DNA of 64,000 nt from assembly GCA_002633005.1 (NCBI GenBank), contig NMRA01000172.1, positions 65,825-129,824 of the forward strand, written 5' to 3'. This DNA is from Phoronis australis (Eukaryota; Animalia; Phoronida). Both the position numbers and the translations under genes were made by a program. The notes under the pieces were generated by a model. That model was given only the letters and a program-made list of their open reading frames with translations, ran no database searches and was not told the DNA's origin. This document shows, piece after piece, positions 1 through 13,500 of this stretch (its first letter is position 1; each line of letters opens with the position of its first letter).

Positions 1-1441
1 CTTACATGAAGAGCAACATCGTCAGCGAGTCGCACTAGCACAATGCCAACTTTTAATACCCGCTTATGGCATTATTGGCCGAATGGAAGTCAAGTTGTGG
101 TGTAACGGATCTGGGAATGGAAATCAGTGGGCCTCGTGGTCATTGAGTGTTTAGTCATTGAGCACATTTATGAGAACTTACTTTTGACCAGAGTGAAATA
201 TGACCAAAAAGACCTTCAAAAAGGTAACAGTTTGCTTTATGAATTTTTAGCAAGTGTTTAGCCAGTTAGGTGCTTATGTAGAACTATGACTGATCACCTT
301 TTGGCGAATAGCAAATAAACATGGCATGAGAATAGCGTTTACAGAACTTGCCACAAAGATTAGATTTAGTGCATTGGAAACACAATGAATATTGGTAATA
401 GGATGTCTGCAGGTGATCAGGGTGTATGTTGCAAAGGCAATTTATAAGTCATGAGTGAAGAATTATGGTATGTTGCGCAAGTCAAAAAATGGTTCAAGCT
501 GAGTTTTAGTTTGAATAGAACGTTTCAGCAGCACCAGTAGAACAAAACGTTTGTAACCAGTATTTATAAATTAGTTTACTATAACTTAAAACACAAAAGG
601 TTGTAAATATGATTTTTATTGCATTACTGTATGAAAAACCTGTACGTTATAAATGTCTCACAAATCAAAAATATATGCAAAACTAGCGTAGTGGATGATT
701 AAATACATGATAAGACTTTAAGGATCACTTTCAAACTACGATTAATGCTCAGAATACTAAAATCACTCTCTCCTGGATTGTGACCTCAATCAATTGCCTT
801 TATAATTCGAGACCACAGCTTGTATGCATTGCAGCCTATGGGTGTTACAAAAGACACCCTCATTAATGGTCTCCATTGGGTTAGAAGTCATATAAGGTAC
901 TTTTGTGTCACGTATTAGCCCCTAGGTGGTTATTTTTTCAGACAATTTTTGACCTGAGATTTATTCAAAACGGGAGCTTGTTTAAAACCCAGCACTTCTT
1001 CAACAAGGAGTTTTGCAGACCTGGCACTCACTGTTGCACTCACTGTTGTACTCACTGTTGCGTGCTTAAGAAGCCATATTTATAATCAACAACTAGAGAC
1101 ATCTATACACACGCTAATAAAATACACCAACACAAATTAACAAACGTCCAGTAAAACAGTAAATTGTGGTCAAAGATGTTCTTTCAATTAGTCTTAAATT
1201 ACCACCCCAGGCACTTTATTTAACAATAGTGTTTTTAACTGGCTTTTACCTGGCACTTGTTCGAGACTTGCACTAATTAAAAGACCAGCGCTAATACGTG
1301 ACACTACGATATGTTAGAACAACCTTTCTGAAGTTACAAGGGAAGGTCAAAATAGATTAACTAACCCGGCATTTAGTGAAAGAACGGTTGTGTTTCATAG
1401 ACCAATGTACGGAAATCACGCAAACCAGAATCCTTAGGGTA

Positions 1442-1597
1442 TTACAGTTTAGCCTTGCTTTGAAAAAAATTCATGATGGCATTCATGCATTCATCGCCCT
1501 GCCACCTCTCTTCAAGACGGTCGCATTCGGCGGCATTCACTTTGTGCAGAACTTCGTTATCCATACTACGAATGAGACCTTTGGAGAACCTCATTGT
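1442..1597 (-). CDS. ECI2: ECI2 exon 10 (terminal, PTS1 -AKL)
   Basis: [51 protein letters not shown]. Confidence 0.93.
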   Translation of the reverse strand, partial: TMRFSKGLIRSMDNEVLHKVNAAECDRLEERWQGDECMNAIMNFFQSKAKL

Positions 1598-4500
1598 CTG
1601 CAACAATATCGCACAAGCATTACATACATGTTACACATGACATTTTAATTTACACCATTTTCCTATGCCTTATATGGTTAAGTAGGCTATTAAATTATTT
1701 GATTTTTCCCACCTTTCATTATTGGAATTCTATTGTACACATTTTTTCCTTCATGCTTAGAAAAAAATTCTGGTGCCAAACTGCAAGTGAAATGTTTAGA
1801 AATCACGGGAGGTTCATTGTAATTTTGTTCAACTGTAACTGAATCAACCAATCATCAGACAATTGTTCCACGTCTCCCCACTTACATTCTTCGGCAGTTT
1901 AGCGAACTTGTTCACTTTTTGCCAAGCTTCTTTCTGGAAACTGTCATCAGGGAACACATCTGTGACCAGACCCCTATCACTTGCTTCTCTAGCTGTCAAC
2001 TTACGGTCAAACACCAGCATTTCAGTGGCCTATACCAAATAAACAAAGTTGACATTTTTCACCATGTACCAGCAACAACAACAACAACAACATTTGGGAT
2101 GTGTTCCGTAGAGCAAGTTTTTGTGACAAAGCTAGATCACGTAAGTCTTCCAGAGATATCGCATTGCACTACAAGGGAAGCGCATGAACACACTAGCTTT
2201 ACTTGCGAGTGTCTTGCATCTATGGAACGTGTCCCTGGATTCTGTGTTACACAAATAATCAGAGAAAAGGACACGGCTGAGATAACTACAGACAGACAAA
2301 GAACATGTGTGTTTTCTACATCCGTTCTTTGGATATACATCAGCTGCGTAAGACTTGAAAGTGAAGTTATTTGCTGGATAAATGTCACTGTTGCATGGTG
2401 CAGTCATAAATGTACGGTAAAATCTCACCAATTCAAAACAACATACAATGGACAACTGAAATTTTATTTGAACATTTTTCTTAAAAGATATAGCACAGCA
2501 CCAAATAAAAGCCTTCCTTGAATGAATTTTGTAATTCTTGATACTTCTGTCCATTCCGATGGTCCCAGCAATTGCTTAGCTTAACAAGAAAACTCAACAT
2601 AACCTGTGAAGGCATATTACAATGACTTCAAATTCCTGAGAATTACATCAAGACCACCATGCCATCCTCTTTTAGGCCAATACTTCACAGACAGTATGCC
2701 GGAGAAGTGTTTAACAACACTCACCTCGAAACTAATAATAATAATAACAATGATGATTATGATGATGATGATGATGATGATGATGGTACCAATACAAAAA
2801 ATAATTAAGGTATTTACAAAGTCACCTCAGCCTTGCTTAAATAGCATTATACTAAATAAATGCTGAATAACCACTGTTCGCCTGCAGCTCAGTCTATGGC
2901 TCCTTAAACAGCTTCTTCATTTCAACATACCTTTGAGAGACCCATGATTTTGGGGAATGTATACGATGAACAACCCTCTGGTGTCTGACCAAGACTGCTG
3001 AATGGTGTGTGAAAAGTAGCCTATAAACACAAAACATATTCCATTACATACGTCCTCATGGCCACCACTGTCAATACAGACTCAGACAATAGATATAAGG
3101 TATGCTTCATGAGAAGCAAACTAAGTAAAAATTTAGTTCTACGCTACACACACCTATTTCTGAAAAACAATTAAAATCCATTGAGCAAAAATGCAAGATC
3201 TATGAGAATATGCACATAACTGCTAGTTACTGAGATATTTTCTATAATTTCTAGATTGTGATGCGCTCATAACTACTTGGCTAGACCTCAACAACAGCAG
3301 GTGAAGTGGCAGCGTCACACTAAATTTCTGTCTTGAGTCTTATGTCAATTTTCATGCAACAGACCAATATACTGAATAAGCACCTTATGTTTAGAGCAGA
3401 AGAATTATACATTAATATTGACTACTACAATAAAACACTGAGGTTGAAATAAATTGCAATAGCATACACTGAAACTAGTGTTCTTTAACTGTTTGGCTTC
3501 CTAGATGGAATTCCTTGTGTCTAGTTAAGATCATTTTTTCTTAAGAATTATAAATTTTAGCCAAAAATGGCAATTGCAGATGGATTCAGTTTATTGTTCA
3601 ATATAGCAATTCATCAAGGTAGTGGAATCTCTTTTAGTTTCAACAGGCCAATGGGACATGAATCTCACGATACCACGTGTCAAGACCAGGTATAGCAAGC
3701 AGCTCTCACCTTGTCAGAGGCGTACACTAAATCAAACAATCCCAGGACAGTAACTGAGACTCCAACAGCAGGTCCGTTGACCAGGGCTATCAGAGGCTTA
3801 GGGAAGTCTATGTAGCATGCAATGTATTTCCTGCAAAAGACATTCCTCCATAAGGCAAACAGATTCTCAAGAGCAATTCTCGAGACTAATCCAAATCCAA
3901 ACGCGTACTAAGGTATTAATAAGTTTAATCTCTCGGTAATCAAAAAAAACTTCTCACGTTCCTCCATGTGTTATCAATATCATGGTCCATCAATATGACA
4001 TATTCGCAGATTACGGCATGACACAACCATGTCCTAATTCTTCAGGCTGCCTCTACAAACACAGTTAAAAAAAACAGACACGTACAAGTATGCATTACCT
4101 TAACACTGCATTTGCATCTTTTGCCATCTGAGCAACACCCTCTGGCGGTATATTCATGAAATTACTCAGATCGTTACCACTGCAGTAAAAATCACCAGCA
4201 CCTAAAAATCATTCAATCATCATGAAAGAACATTGAATCAATGACTGGTCTTCATTTGACACGTGAGAGAATGGCATGTCCATGTATCCCATGGGATAAT
4301 GAAATTTAACTTACAAGTTGTAACCTGTTGCTGAGGACCACATCATTGGTGGAACAATGTCCGCTTGAAAATACGAGTAACAGCAAATCTGCCACACACA
4401 TATCCAGATTTGGTCTCATAAAAGGGGGAGAATAAAACGTGCCAAACATCCAGTTGGCCTCAGTTCCAGTGATACGAGTGAGGTCAATTTCGTAGTCATA

Positions 4501-7500
4501 TTTTACTTTTTCCACTCGTGTTTTTAAGCATTTACTCACTTTTGTCAAACCCTGTAGACAATGTACGTCAGTCAGTGAATTCAAAGTCTGATAAACAGCG
4601 CCAGAGTAACTCCTGTTGAGCGACTCTTTAGTGACCTCATTTCCAATGAATCAGTTATTTGTTAGCGCCACCTACCTGTCATTACTGTAAGCACCACATT
4701 GGAGTCCTCAGCAGCTTCAGAGAGAGCTTGACCAATTTCTTCGTACATCTACAGATGAATGAAAAACATAACAAACTTAAGCTCTGCCAAACACATGTAC
4801 TGTTCACTTACTGTTCCACACTGAATTACACACTGGCTTTGTTTTGTTCACATTTTTCAAAGCAAGAGTCCAATACAAGAGGCTCTTGTTAGTGGTTACC
4901 ACATAATGGTTCACAATTCAGACAAGAAATGTAAACAGTGAAACCAGTGCTTTACCAAATAAAAGCTCAAAACAGTAAATCCAAAACCTCACTTTTTCAA
5001 CATGTCTAATGGTATACACATATCCTGCAATGTAGTAATGCTTACAGAAACCCTGTAAGTGTCAGAACACACGGGACTCAGATGTCCCATTTGCACCTAA
5101 ACTTCGCAAATCTATGTCAGTTGTCTGTTTTATGAAAAGTGATCCCAATGCAACAAAAAAACCCAAAAGCACAGACCAGGAATACCTTGCGACCCAAATA
5201 ATAAATCCACAATCACAGACGCAGCCAGCGAGCACTCGTACCTTCAACGTTAAAGCATTCTTTTTCTTCGGTCGGTTCAAGAGGATAGTCGACACTCCGT
5301 TCTCGTTGGTGACTTTAATCTCAGTGTACTTACTACCCTCACCATCTGCTGATGTTGGAGACATCTCCACAGCTGGACTCTGGGCAGCTACTAAAGAGCT
5401 GACCAAGTCAATATACTGCTTCTGGGCCTCGTCCTGAGGAGAGAGAAGTTCAAAGTAAACCCTACATTTGGCCAGATGCTTATACCACATTCTGTAACAT
5501 GAACGGATGGGTGTATTTCACCCGCCCTGGATCTGACCCTAAACCATCGCAGGTTACAGAACTTCCCCTCCCAGGGTGGCACCTGTTTTAACTGCTACGT
5601 ACACCCCCATTAACAATGATTGCCACCCATAAGCACTGCTGTAGAGGAGTCAACAATTAATGAATGCTGCCAACTTTGAATATGCACCTGACGTCAAAGC
5701 ACTGACGCACACTACTACTTGATGATACCTCAACAATTCAGACAACAGTCAGCACTTAAAACAATGGAGGTGAGCTGTTTAGAGTTTTCATGTTCATGAT
5801 GCCCAAGCTGCATAGAAAGGTGGCATATAATTTTGTTTGCGCTGAACACGCCCCAACCAAGTAATGACTACAGCAGGTGCAAGCACCCTACTGTGTTACA
5901 CAGCATATGGCTCGTTTTTTAAAATTTACTTAAAATATATCTTAATACTGTGCTCTAAATTTTAAAGTCCTTCTCTCACGCGTTGTTAACCCTTATTACA
6001 TGGTTAGAAGATGTTATAAGGATCCAAGAANTCACCTTGTCAGAGGCGTACACTAAATCAAACAATCCCAGGACAGTGACTGAGACTCCAACGGCAGGTC
6101 CGTTGACCAGGGCTATCAGAGGCTTAGGGAAGTCTATGTAGCACGCGATGTATTTCCTGCAAAAGACATTCCTCCATAAGGCAAACAGATTTTCAAGAGC
6201 AATTCTCGAGATTAATCCAAATCCAAACATGTATTAAGGTATTAATAAGTTTAATCTCTTGGTAATCAAAAAAAAAAAAATTCTCACATTCCCCTATGTG
6301 TTATCAATTTCATGGTCAATCAATATGACATATTCGCAGATTACGGCATGACACAACCATGTCCTAATTCTTCAGGCTGCCTCTACAAACACGCAATTAA
6401 AAAAACAGACACGTACAAGTATGCATTACCTTAACACTGCATTTGCATCTTTTGCCATCTGAGCAACACCCTCTGGCGGTATATTCATGAAATTACTCAG
6501 ATCGTTACCGCTGCAGTAAAAATCACCAGCACCTAAAAATCATTCAATCATCATGAAAGAACACTGAATCAATGACTGGTCTTCATTTGACACGTGAGAG
6601 AACGGCGTGTCCATGTTTCCCTTGGAATAATGAAATTTAACTTACAAGTTGTAACCTGTTGCTGAGGACCACATTATTGGTGGACCAATGTCCGCTTGAA
6701 AATACGAGTGACAGCAAATCTGCCACTCACATATCCAGATTTGGTCTCATAAAAGGGGGAGACCAAAAAATGCCAAACATCCAGTCGGCCTCAGTTCCAG
6801 TGATACGAGTGAGGTCAATTTCGTAGTCATAATTTACTTTTTCCACTCATATTTTTAAGCATTTACACACTTACGTCGAACCCTGTAGAGAATGTACGTC
6901 AGTCAGTGAATTCAAAGTCTGATAAACAGTACCAGAGTAACTCCTGTTGAGCGACCCTTTAGTGACCTTTATTTCCACTGAATCAGTTATTTGTTAGCGC
7001 CACCTACCTGTCATTACTGTAAGCACCACATTGGAGTCCTCAGCAGCTTCAGAGAGAGCTTGACCTATTTCTTCGTACATCTACAGATGAATGAAAAACA
7101 TAACAAACTTAAGCTCTGCCAAACACACATACTAGTGTTCACTTACTGTTCCACACTGAATTACACACTGGCTTTGTTTTGTTCACATTTTTCAAAGCAA
7201 GAGTCCAATACAAGAGGCTCTTGTTAGTGGTTACCACATAATAGTTCACAATTATTTAGACAAGAAATGTAAACAGTGAAACCAGTAAATCAGAAACCTC
7301 ACTGTTTCAACATGTCAAATGGTATACACATATTCTGCAATGTAGTAATGCTTACAGAAACCCTGTAACTGTCAGAACACATGGGACTCAGATGTCCCAT
7401 TTGCACCTAAACTTCGCAAATCTATGTCAGTTGTCTGTTTTATGAAAAGTGATCCCAATGCAACAAAAAAACCCAAAAGCACAGACCAGGAATACCTTGC

Positions 7501-10500
7501 GACCCAAATAATAAATCCACAATCACAGACGCAGCCAGCGAGCACTCGTACCTTCAACGTTAAAGCATTCTTTTTCTTCGGTCGGTTCAAGAGGATAGTC
7601 GACACTCCGTTCTCGTTGGTGACTTTAATCTCAGTGTACTTACTACCCTCACCATCTGCTGATGTTGGAGACATCTCCACAGCTGGACTCTGGGCAGCTA
7701 CTAAAGAGCTGACCAAGTCAATATACTGCTTCTGGGCCTCGTCCTGAGGAGAGAGAAGTTCAAAGTAAACCCTACATTTGGCCAGATGCTTATACCACAT
7801 TCTGTAACATGAACGGATGGGTGTATTTCACCCGCCCTGGATCTGACCCTAAACCATCGCAGGTTACAGAACTTCCCCTCCCAGGGTGGCACCTGTTTTA
7901 ACTGCTACGTACACCCCCATTAACAATGATTGCCACCCATAAGCACTGCTGTAGAGGAGTCAACAATTAATGAATGCTGCCAACTTTGAATATGCACCTG
8001 ACGTCAAAGCACTGACGCACACTACTACTTGATGATACCTCAACAATTCAGACAACAGTCAGCACTTAAAACAATGGAGGTGAGCTGTTTAGAGTTTTCA
8101 TGTTCATGATGCCCAAGCTGCATAGAAAGGTGGCATATAATTTTGTTTGCGCTGAACACGCCCCAACCAAGTAATGACTACAGCAGGTGCAAGCACCCTA
8201 CTGTGTTACACAGCATATGGCTCGTTTTTTAAAATTTACTTAAAATATATCTTAATACTGTGCTCTAAATTTTAAAGTCCTTCTCTCACGCGTTGTTAAC
8301 CCTTATTACATGGTTAGAAGATGTTATAAGGATCCAAGAAGTACCTACCCCATAACTAATACACGATCCGTACTCGAAAACAGTTTAACACGATTCGTAC
8401 CCGAAGAAACACCGCCATTTTGAACTTGCTGCGAACCCGGAAGTACAATTCATTCAGGAACCCAGGCCGAGAAAAGCGCCGTCAGTGCGACTGGAGCAGT
8501 GCCTGTACTGGTACCAGCCAGCAAACGGGGATAAAATAATCGACAGAGCGCCTTAATTTTAATAAAATCAAACTACGGACAATTTTATGGAATTTGCTGA
8601 AGCAATGTGGCGAATAAATATTGACAGAAATTATTTTGCCAGACTCGGGACCGCAGCCTATCGGACCCGGTGCGGATCGAGACTAGACACTGGCGAACGG
8701 TAAATGCATGTGGTTGCAAGCTGTTTTGTCGAAGTAAAATGGTCAAATGATAAATGCTGCATATATTCAAGGGTAGTTTCAGACACTTGCATGAAATTAC
8801 GGGCTGGTTAGTCCTGTGTAACACTGCCGCGGCCGACCTTAGTTAGCCTCAGTCACCAGCTACCAGTGAAGACTATAGTCAAAATACAGCTTGTTAGTAG
8901 GCCTATACAGCTTTGCGCCAAGACTACCCTTAGGCCTAACTGGTCGCTTTTGGCAAGAAAGGAGAAAAGAATATAAAGAAAGGGTGTCGAAAATAAGAAT
9001 TTATGTAGTAAGTATTTTCGGATACTGGAACCACATGGGCAGTTTGCAAGAAGGACTTTAATTAATTACAGCCAATGGCACTACCCCCCATGATCCCTAT
9101 CAAAAGTGATGACAACTTATGACTTCTGAATGCTAAATTGCACCAAACAATTTCAGTGCTTCATGACATCTTGTACCAATCACCTGAGCACAAACATACC
9201 TGTGAAATGTTTCCAAGTGAGTTCCAGGCATTCCACTTAGCCTTGCCCACAATATCCATCAATCCTGGCTTTGGGGCATTACACTGACCGACAGTTGCCT
9301 GAAAAACGATCGTGCACATAATCATATGTCGGTTCACATGTAAGGCTTAGGATCCCTTTTTTCCACAACACCAGCCTGTGGCAGCTGATGTGGGTTGGGA
9401 TCCTTCATTAATTTAATAACCAGGATCACCTGATTGCAGCACAAATTGATTGGGACTCTTCTATTATTACTCAACACCACCTGGAGTTCACTGTGTGGTG
9501 CAAGTTTCAACATTAGTCAAGCCTAGACCAGGACCAATTAAGCTATTTTTTGGACCAATAGCACCAAGAGGGAAAATATCTAACATGAGTATAAAAGTCC
9601 ACGAAATGTTTGCTGAACTGGCAACAAGGAGGCAGTTCTTGGACATCTAGAGGACGGCAAAGCTGGCCAGTCATCCAGCAAATTGAATCGTACTCAACTG
9701 TCTGAAACTGTCCTGTTGACATCCTCTACAGGTCTGACTGTGGCCAGTTCAAACTATTTTTGTGAACTATGCTCCATACCTGCTGGCAGAAACAGTAACT
9801 GGAATATTTGGTTCATAAATGATGTGTTCAACAAATGTAATGAGTAGCAATTAAAAATGAAGATATATTTTTACAACACTTAAATATTGAACTTTTGAAA
9901 AAAAAATCTACAAAGAATTAACATTTACCATAAACGGTCACAAACAAAAAAGACGGACAGTTTTGCCAAAGCATATTATGAATACCATAGCCAATTACCT
10001 GCTTGAAAAGACCATAGATTTTAAGCTTCACTTCATTGCCTGGGTCTTCACTCAGCGAGTTCAGCGCTTCTTTGGCCTGAGCAAACTCCACATCGTGCGC
10101 TCCCATGGAAACCGATGACAGTCCAAACTGCCTTACTCCTGTGAACCTACAACTCAAGATGAGAGCCCTTGAACACTACTTGCCATGTGTTGGTAGAAAA
10201 TCACATTATCATCTGTGCACACAACTTTTGCATTTGCTCATTAACACTGTAGTATAGTGTGTTATTTTCTATCAGAGAACTTATTTGAAGACTTTGGATA
10301 ACAGAATTTTATAGAAATTTTGCCTCTTGTAACAGATATACATACTCAGTCTGACACAAATCAATTTATTTCACGCACGCACGTGCACACACACACACAC
10401 ACACACACACCCACCCGCACACACACACCCACCCGCGCACACGCACCCGCGCACACGCACCCGCGCACACCCACCCGCGCACACCCACCCGCGCACACAC

Positions 10501-13500
10501 ATATGAAACTCAGTCCTAACTTCTGATTTTATAGTTTAAACCAGTCTGGCAACGGATATCACTTTTCAGTCATGCCGCTTGGACATCACATCGCTACATT
10601 CACCATCTGACCAATCAAGACACTAAAGAAACCATAAAACCTTACCACAAAGTGTGCAGCTAACAGCAGTATATTCAAGTAAGGCAAAAACGAGCTATTC
10701 TAACAAGAGACAAAACCAGAGGAATGGTTGTGTAATGAAACAATCATTGCATTTGTATACCTGCACCAACCTAACTCAGTGTTGAATCTGATTAATGCTT
10801 CACCTGTACATTGAACCCTCCTTATCACACAAAGGTGTACAAGCACTTAAACACAAGACAGACAAATGATGGCATTCACTGTAGTTGAACTTATCACAAG
10901 GCATCGCTAACTTTGGATGAAAATAAATACCAAAATTAATCTTTAATTTCTCAAAGCTTCTCTGTGATTGCCTACAATTTCTAACAACATTGTCTGATGC
11001 TAGCCATCATGCTATATTAAAATGATAGAACATTTTATTTGGTGCCTCTATATTTCACCTTTTGACAGCCACAATGTGTCCTAACAGGTTTGAAAAATAT
11101 AATCAACACAGCTTTCATCACGTTTTCATGAAAATTTGACTTATAGTTACATATGGAAAAATTTCAGCTCATTTTAATCCAGAAGATGAGATTAAAGCCT
11201 CATGAAAATGGGGTTTAATCCACATGCAGGAATTGTCCAATTGCAGACACCATTTAATTGTTTTAGATATGTTATTCAGTATCAGGAGAAAACTAGAACC
11301 ATACTAAAAAGACACAAAAGAAACACAAGGCACTTCAGGAATAGCCACTGAGGTGCTGACCAATTGAATATATATATTACAGAGTGAAACTGTTGTTAAC
11401 CACAGAAATTACCAACCTTTGGGGTCATGCAGGACAGTTGGACAGATATGAGCCAGCCAGCTAACAAATGGAACAATTTTATAAAATGATAAATCCTGAA
11501 TGAGAGTGGTATCTTGCATGTTCAACACTTCTAAGATTTTTAACTATTCAAAAAGACACGTTTAAATGAATGACTCTTACCATACAATAGTTTGGGCAAG
11601 ATTTAGTTTCCTCACTCAAATTACAATTTTTTTTGTTGCAGTGAATCTGTGAGTTTCGAGTAACTTCATGTTGACACAACACTATAGAGTATTTGTCAAA
11701 CAGATGGCCAAGTGTGCCTCTGTCACATTTCAACTGACTCTGGTGAGCAACCCAACTAAGTTATGACCCTAGATAGCACATACGTGGGATACCAACAAGG
11801 GAGATGTGGCATGGACTCATTTATAGTAAAAGGTAGCTAGACTCACTCCTGGGTAGTTGATCCACCAACCTGCAGTACTTAATAAGCACCGAAGGTGGAT
11901 AATCCTCCTATTCAGTGCGACTCAACTGAAAGTTAGCTGTATAAGGACTTAAGTTGACCTTTAAGTGAAAATGTACTGAATACCATGAAACTCAACAAAA
12001 TCAATACTCACAACATGTATACCTGGATTAGAAAAGAATAATCCTTTGTAACTATACACGTACATGCGTCTCCCAAGTCATGGAAATCTGCCGTAATGCA
12101 ACACGTTCAACTTTTAAGTCATTATGCACACATGTCCCTCGACATCACGCCATATGTAAATTAGCAGCCAGCATATGATACTAAGAAAACACGCAAATTG
12201 CAACAGGTGAGCAAGGAAAGATTTGAGGTTGCTGAAAAATTTTAGTTTCAAATGTCCGAGAAAAGATATTTATGAACTAGGTATCTCATTTCAAGACATT
12301 TGACTAGGACTTCAGCTGATCTTGATTTTTGGACTTTGTCCACATTGTGATCCTTTTTGGGAAATCATGGTAAAATGATCAGCAATGGTGTCCACAGCTG
12401 GAGATGTATTGCCTTAGTTGCATCTGTCAAAGGCAGGTTTTGATATGGAAAATTTAGGCCAACTTGTGTTCCAAGGGGTTTTACCGGCAATAGCCCTGTG
12501 TCTCAAATAGTTATTTACGGACACGTTACATATGCCTAGGTACACGAGCAAAAATTGATTTCTATACCAAGATATGAATCTCACCAGTCACCCCCTGTCA
12601 CCTTTCAGTGCTGAATGGTAACTGTCATTCCCTACAGATACAGACTAGCAGTGATGTACGGGTACACACTGTTAATGGCTCAGGATCTGCCAACAAGAGG
12701 CAGACCCTGGATTCCTTAACTAAGACCAATACAGACCTGACCTATGTTGTGTATTGAACTCTAGGAGGAATACAGCACAAATCTACAATATTTTCGTGCC
12801 AGACAATATTGCATTGAAGCCACTATAAACCTACCTTCCATGTCAAAAACCAACTTTTGATGAGACGCAAATTAACATTGTGAAATTGGTCTCTATTCAC
12901 TGTACTTGTTTGGGCTTAAGCCACTAGAATGGGGTTCCTTTGATTTTGTTTATTTCGATCACTGCTCATTTTAATAAAATGCAACTATTCAAGTCAAAGG
13001 TAGTTGCCCTACTCAGTAACTAGAAACTGAAAGGGGTTTCCCAGACTTCAACCAATGGGAATGACCGAGTGTTATGACGTCATGCAGTTTCATGTACTTA
13101 CACCAATGAGAAGCATAATGCTAAACAACATTCAACAGTGCTACCTTACATAGCACTGTGAAAAAGTGTAAATAATCTATTCATTGGTGACTTTAGGGCT
13201 AAGTAGGCTCGTCACTCTATATGCCGAGCATCAAGTCTCAACGAATAATGAACCATCACTTCTTTGCAAATTCAGAAATAAGTTTAAAAGGGATACCGGC
13301 CTACATAAAATTTTGCTTCTTGGACGGCACCTGGGTTGGCACAAGTTGAGTAGTGGACTCTAATTTCGAAAACTAGATTCATGAACTGAGTAACAGGCTT
13401 CAGTGTTAAGATTTAGATTGTCTGGTTCTCAAAATCTGGAACCGCCATATTTGCCAAGTGCCTGCATGTCAATATCTGCTTTATGCTATCAGTGTAGTGG

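Larger units (their letters stand above)
3706..8340. repeat. Tandem ~2.3-kb duplication (3706-6030 / 6032-8340) joined at a single n; probable haplotype assembly artefact
   Basis: Colinear copies with SNPs and indels; the junction is exactly the n at 6031. Confidence 0.85.

Noticed and set aside
1919-2554. 200-aa and 140-aa ORFs in or antisense to an ECI2 intron
   Set aside because: No recognisable domain; they overlap ECI2 exon 9 antisense and low-complexity or repeat sequence.
3706-8340. A second ECI2 paralog
   Set aside because: Only exons 4-7 are repeated, the peptides are the same, and the junction is a single n, as with the other two duplications.
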